Of a stretch of DNA of 64,000 nt, positions 61,278 to 64,000 are shown piece by piece. The position numbers and the translations under genes are program-made. The first letter of the stretch is position 1. Each line of letters starts with the position of its first letter. The notes under the pieces were generated by a model. It saw nothing but the letters and a program-made list of their open reading frames with translations. It had not been told where the DNA came from and did no database searches. Origin of the DNA: Candidatus Pacebacteria bacterium CG2_30_36_39 (lineage in GTDB: Bacteria; Patescibacteriota; Microgenomatia; UBA1400; PJMF01); NCBI GenBank assembly GCA_001873435.1, contig MNZB01000004.1, positions 307,004-371,003 of the forward strand. The letters run 5' to 3'.

Positions 61278-61745
61278 ATGAAAAATTACTATAAAGCAGG
61301 TTTTACTTTGGTTGAGTTATTAGTAGTAATTGCCATTATTGGTGTTTTAGCAGCTATTGCCTTACCAAACTTATTAGGTGCTCGTGAGAGAGCTCGAGAT
61401 TCAAGAGCAAAAAATTCTTTAATTAATTTACGTAATGCGCTGCGTTTGTATTACAACGATTATCAGGTTTATCCAACAGCATCTGGCGGAGCAATTTTGG
61501 GTTGCGGCGATGCTTCTGCTCCTGGAACAGCAGCGTGTTCTAATGACTTTGAAACTTCTGGAGCCAATGGAACTCTTTATATGAAGGATTTACCTGAGAG
61601 TTTTGTTTATGCTCAAACACAAAGTGGAGATGCATATGAGCTTTATGTGGTGTTAGAAAATGGTTCAGACGCCGAGATTGCAGCGAGCGCTACTCGTTGT
61701 GGAATTGCTAGTCCAGTAGCTAGTGCATATTACACTTGTGAATAA
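61278..61745 (+). CDS. Type IV pilin (prepilin).
   Basis: MKNYYKAG|FTLVELLVVIAIIGVLAAIALPN. Confidence 0.8.
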   Translation: MKNYYKAGFTLVELLVVIAIIGVLAAIALPNLLGARERARDSRAKNSLINLRNALRLYYNDYQVYPTASGGAILGCGDASAPGTAACSNDFETSGANGTLYMKDLPESFVYAQTQSGDAYELYVVLENGSDAEIAASATRCGIASPVASAYYTCE

Positions 61746-61748
61746 ACT

Positions 61749-64000
61749 TTAGTCTATTCTTACGCCTTGAATTTTTAGACCCTCTATCTGGGCATTGCCA
61801 GTTCTCATATCTATGACTTGAGTGCCACACCAATCTCCGGTAGCACCATCATCTCCGCGTTTTCTTACTCTATACCTATAAATGTTGCCGGCAGCAACAT
61901 CCGTGTCACTATATGATTGGGCATTTGGTGTAGTGATATCAACAAATTGCCATTCTTCTGCATTGTTAATTTGTTTTTCAATTTCATAACCGATTTCATC
62001 GGTAGCACCATCAGTCCAATGTAATGTTACAGAGTTATCAAGGCGAGATTCTTCCAAATAACAGCTAGAAGCTCCCTGTACTCCTCCAGTATCTCCATCG
62101 TAGGCTGGCATTGGAGTTGGGGTTAGATATGGAGTTGGTCCTGTTGTAGCCGCAAAGGAAACCATCGATAGGCTTGGGGAAACGAATGGGTCAAAACTAC
62201 TAAAGATAGCTCGATATTGTAGATATTGTCTGCCCAATGATGAGGTTAAAGTTGATCCTGCTGGGTTGGTTAAATAGTTTCCTGAACGGAAGCTATCCAA
62301 CCAAATAGTTCTACCTTCTTGGCCATCAGTTTGTTTAAGAGTAAGAGTATTGATGCCATCCATGTGAGATGAAATTGTGTTGTTGGTGAGAGGCCAGTAT
62401 TCTTGTTGCCATTTGAAGAAGTCAGCGTTTTCTGTAAAGCCTCCGGCTGGGAAAGTGCTGGCAGCGTCCCAACTAGAGACGGTGATTGCGCCGATTGATG
62501 GGGTAACGCTCCTAACTGTTCCTTGAGCTATGTATTCAGTGCCGTTGTAGTTTTCACGGACAATTATTTTATCTCCCTTATATATTCCTGAGCCTTTTGA
62601 GCTTAATCCATATGCAGTGGCGTCAATGTTGAAGCTAGTATCAGTGCTACTGGAAATTACATTACTAACTGCTCCAATAGCAGCAAAATCAATAGTGATT
62701 GGGTGAGATCTCAGTCCTACTTCATAGGCTTGACGTATTTCAGATGCAGAGCGAGCGATATTGCTGATGCGAACTTCATCAAGACTTCCATTGAAATAGG
62801 CAGATCCACAAACAGATACTCCAGAATAGCAGCCCATGTTCATGATATTTGCAGTAGATGTTAGTGCTCCACCAAATGATTTTGAAGCTTTTTCTACGCC
62901 ATTTAGGTATATTTTTACAGTGCCACCAGTCTTTGTGAAAGCAAGATGTTGCCAATTTCCAGTTGTTAATCCAATGTTAGTTGCGCCAAAGGCAGCATAA
63001 TTCCAGTTTGAGCTGTCAGCCCACGAGACTTGTCCTGAAGTATTGATTTGAAATGAATACTGAGAATCTTTGTGGATTGGAGTGGCTGCGGCTGCAAAAG
63101 AGTTTGGTTTAATCCACATGTCCAAAGTAATATCTCCAGTCACATTGGCATTTGAGCCGCTGCTCAGTGCGATAGAACTATTGCTAAATAATCTTCCTTT
63201 ACCAATTTTTCCCTCCACATGTGTTGTTGAAGTAGTTGAGCCATTGTTTGCATTATCACTGCTATCTTTGATATATGCCCCAGAACCTGATCTTTCATCT
63301 AAATGCCACAGAGCTACCGTGTTTGCATCTGGTTGATAATTAGCAAAATTTGATTCACCAATAGTTGCAGTTAAATATGTTCCTGGCCTATCAGCAGCGA
63401 TATAGAAGGGGAGTGAGGCTTTGCTGGAAAGGTCGGTTGCTGAAAAATTATTTAAACTAATATATTTATCTCGACCAGCCCTGTAGCTTTCCGCAATTTC
63501 TTCTGCTGACCTACCTACGTTGGAAATTTTTACCTCATCAATTTTGCCATTAAAGAAATAACTAGTGCCACTACCATAGGCACCAATAATGGCTGTGCCA
63601 GCAGGGTTAGTTTGCAGGGTTTGGGTATAGGCTTTAGTGGCTGCTTCAGCTCCATTTACATATACCTTTTTATTTACGCCATCATAAGTACAAGCTACAT
63701 GGTTCCAGCTGCCATTTACAAAATATGAGTTAGTGGTAAGGGTAAGATCGTCTTGGGTAGGAGTTGTATTGTGGGTTCTAAAATAAAAGGTGTTAGTGTT
63801 ATTAAAGAAGCAAGAATATTGGGTGTTTACCAAGCCGTTAGTAGTTTTTTCAAAGATAAAACCGCTTTGATTGAAGTTGTCAGAATAAACCCACGCTTCA
63901 ATGGTTAGATTTTGGACATCTAAATTTGAGGAAGCGGGGATTAAGACAAAGTCACTACTGCCATTAAAACTTCTTGCTTTGCCAGAAATTCCATTGGTAA
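61749..64000 (-). CDS. Large LamG (concanavalin-A-like lectin) repeat protein. The 5' end extends beyond the window.
   Basis: Repeated LamG_3-like motifs: FNGKIDEVKISNVGRSAEEI, FNGSLDEVRISNIARSASEI, WNHVACTYDG. The reading frame stays open upstream of the track start (TTG at 63833) to position 64000. Confidence 0.6.
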   Translation of the reverse strand, partial: TNGISGKARSFNGSSDFVLIPASSNLDVQNLTIEAWVYSDNFNQSGFIFEKTTNGLVNTQYSCFFNNTNTFYFRTHNTTPTQDDLTLTTNSYFVNGSWNHVACTYDGVNKKVYVNGAEAATKAYTQTLQTNPAGTAIIGAYGSGTSYFFNGKIDEVKISNVGRSAEEIAESYRAGRDKYISLNNFSATDLSSKASLPFYIAADRPGTYLTATIGESNFANYQPDANTVALWHLDERSGSGAYIKDSSDNANNGSTTSTTHVEGKIGKGRLFSNSSIALSSGSNANVTGDITLDMWIKPNSFAAAATPIHKDSQYSFQINTSGQVSWADSSNWNYAAFGATNIGLTTGNWQHLAFTKTGGTVKIYLNGVEKASKSFGGALTSTANIMNMGCYSGVSVCGSAYFNGSLDEVRISNIARSASEIRQAYEVGLRSHPITIDFAAIGAVSNVISSSTDTSFNIDATAYGLSSKGSGIYKGDKIIVRENYNGTEYIAQGTVRSVTPSIGAITVSSWDAASTFPAGGFTENADFFKWQQEYWPLTNNTISSHMDGINTLTLKQTDGQEGRTIWLDSFRSGNYLTNPAGSTLTSSLGRQYLQYRAIFSSFDPFVSPSLSMVSFAATTGPTPYLTPTPMPAYDGDTGGVQGASSCYLEESRLDNSVTLHWTDGATDEIGYEIEKQINNAEEWQFVDITTPNAQSYSDTDVAAGNIYRYRVRKRGDDGATGDWCGTQVIDMRTGNAQIEGLKIQGVRID

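Noticed and set aside
1-64000. CRISPR arrays, rRNA genes, tRNA genes, transposases or IS elements.
   Set aside because: No regularly spaced direct repeats, no rRNA-like conserved stretches, no clear tRNA T-arm or acceptor motifs, and no DDE or transposase-like ORFs were found by reading. tRNAs in particular could have been missed without tRNAscan.

Overview
The window is AT-rich (about 33-36% GC by eye) and gene-dense. It reads like a small, streamlined bacterial genome. Because it combines reduced housekeeping genes with large unannotatable envelope proteins, sortase, type IV pilins and a type-IV-secretion-like apparatus, I infer a Gram-positive-like or Candidate Phyla Radiation (CPR/Patescibacteria) organism. 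This is inference, not a database result.

Main contents:
- Chromosomal origin region: co-directional dnaA-dnaN-rpmH-rnpA-yidD-yidC-jag-rnhA on the minus strand, with DnaA-box clusters on both sides of dnaA.
- Immediately beside dnaA, a roughly 21 kb type-IV-secretion (T4SS)-like locus (16.6-38 kb). It contains a VirB4-family ATPase whose N-terminal domain appears to be encoded as a separate upstream ORF, a PrgI/VirB3-like protein carrying an extra C-terminal beta-sandwich domain, a bitopic membrane protein, a 1168-aa transmembrane M23 peptidase, a VirB6-like polytopic protein, a Cys-rich secreted protein with an SLT/VirB1-like tail, a SpoIID-like protein, and two more pilin-like genes, one of them fused to a large secreted domain.
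- At the left end, an ECF-type sigma factor followed by a tandem array of seven small paralogous two-helix membrane proteins with a conserved W-I-S/T-S-G-G-D-K-G-K...A-R-N loop. I interpret these as a VirB2/TrbC-like pilin family that has diversified. The two pilin-like genes at 36.3-38 kb bring the family to nine members in the window.
- A soluble TraG/VirD4-like P-loop ATPase with a small upstream partner gene lies about 10 kb away.
- Two GC-rich, structure-rich non-coding segments: one at 27.23-27.44 kb with a terminator hairpin abutting a GTG start, and one at 50.85-51.27 kb carrying motifs typical of the RNase P RNA specificity domain.
- A roughly 50% GC orphan gene with palindromic operators, likely acquired by horizontal transfer.
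- Three type IV pilin genes next to a large LamG-repeat protein.
- Housekeeping genes: uppS, valS, rplY, radA, rho, obg, sortase, HAD, M23/LysM, VanW, YvcK.

No CRISPR array, rRNA, transposase or convincing tRNA was seen.
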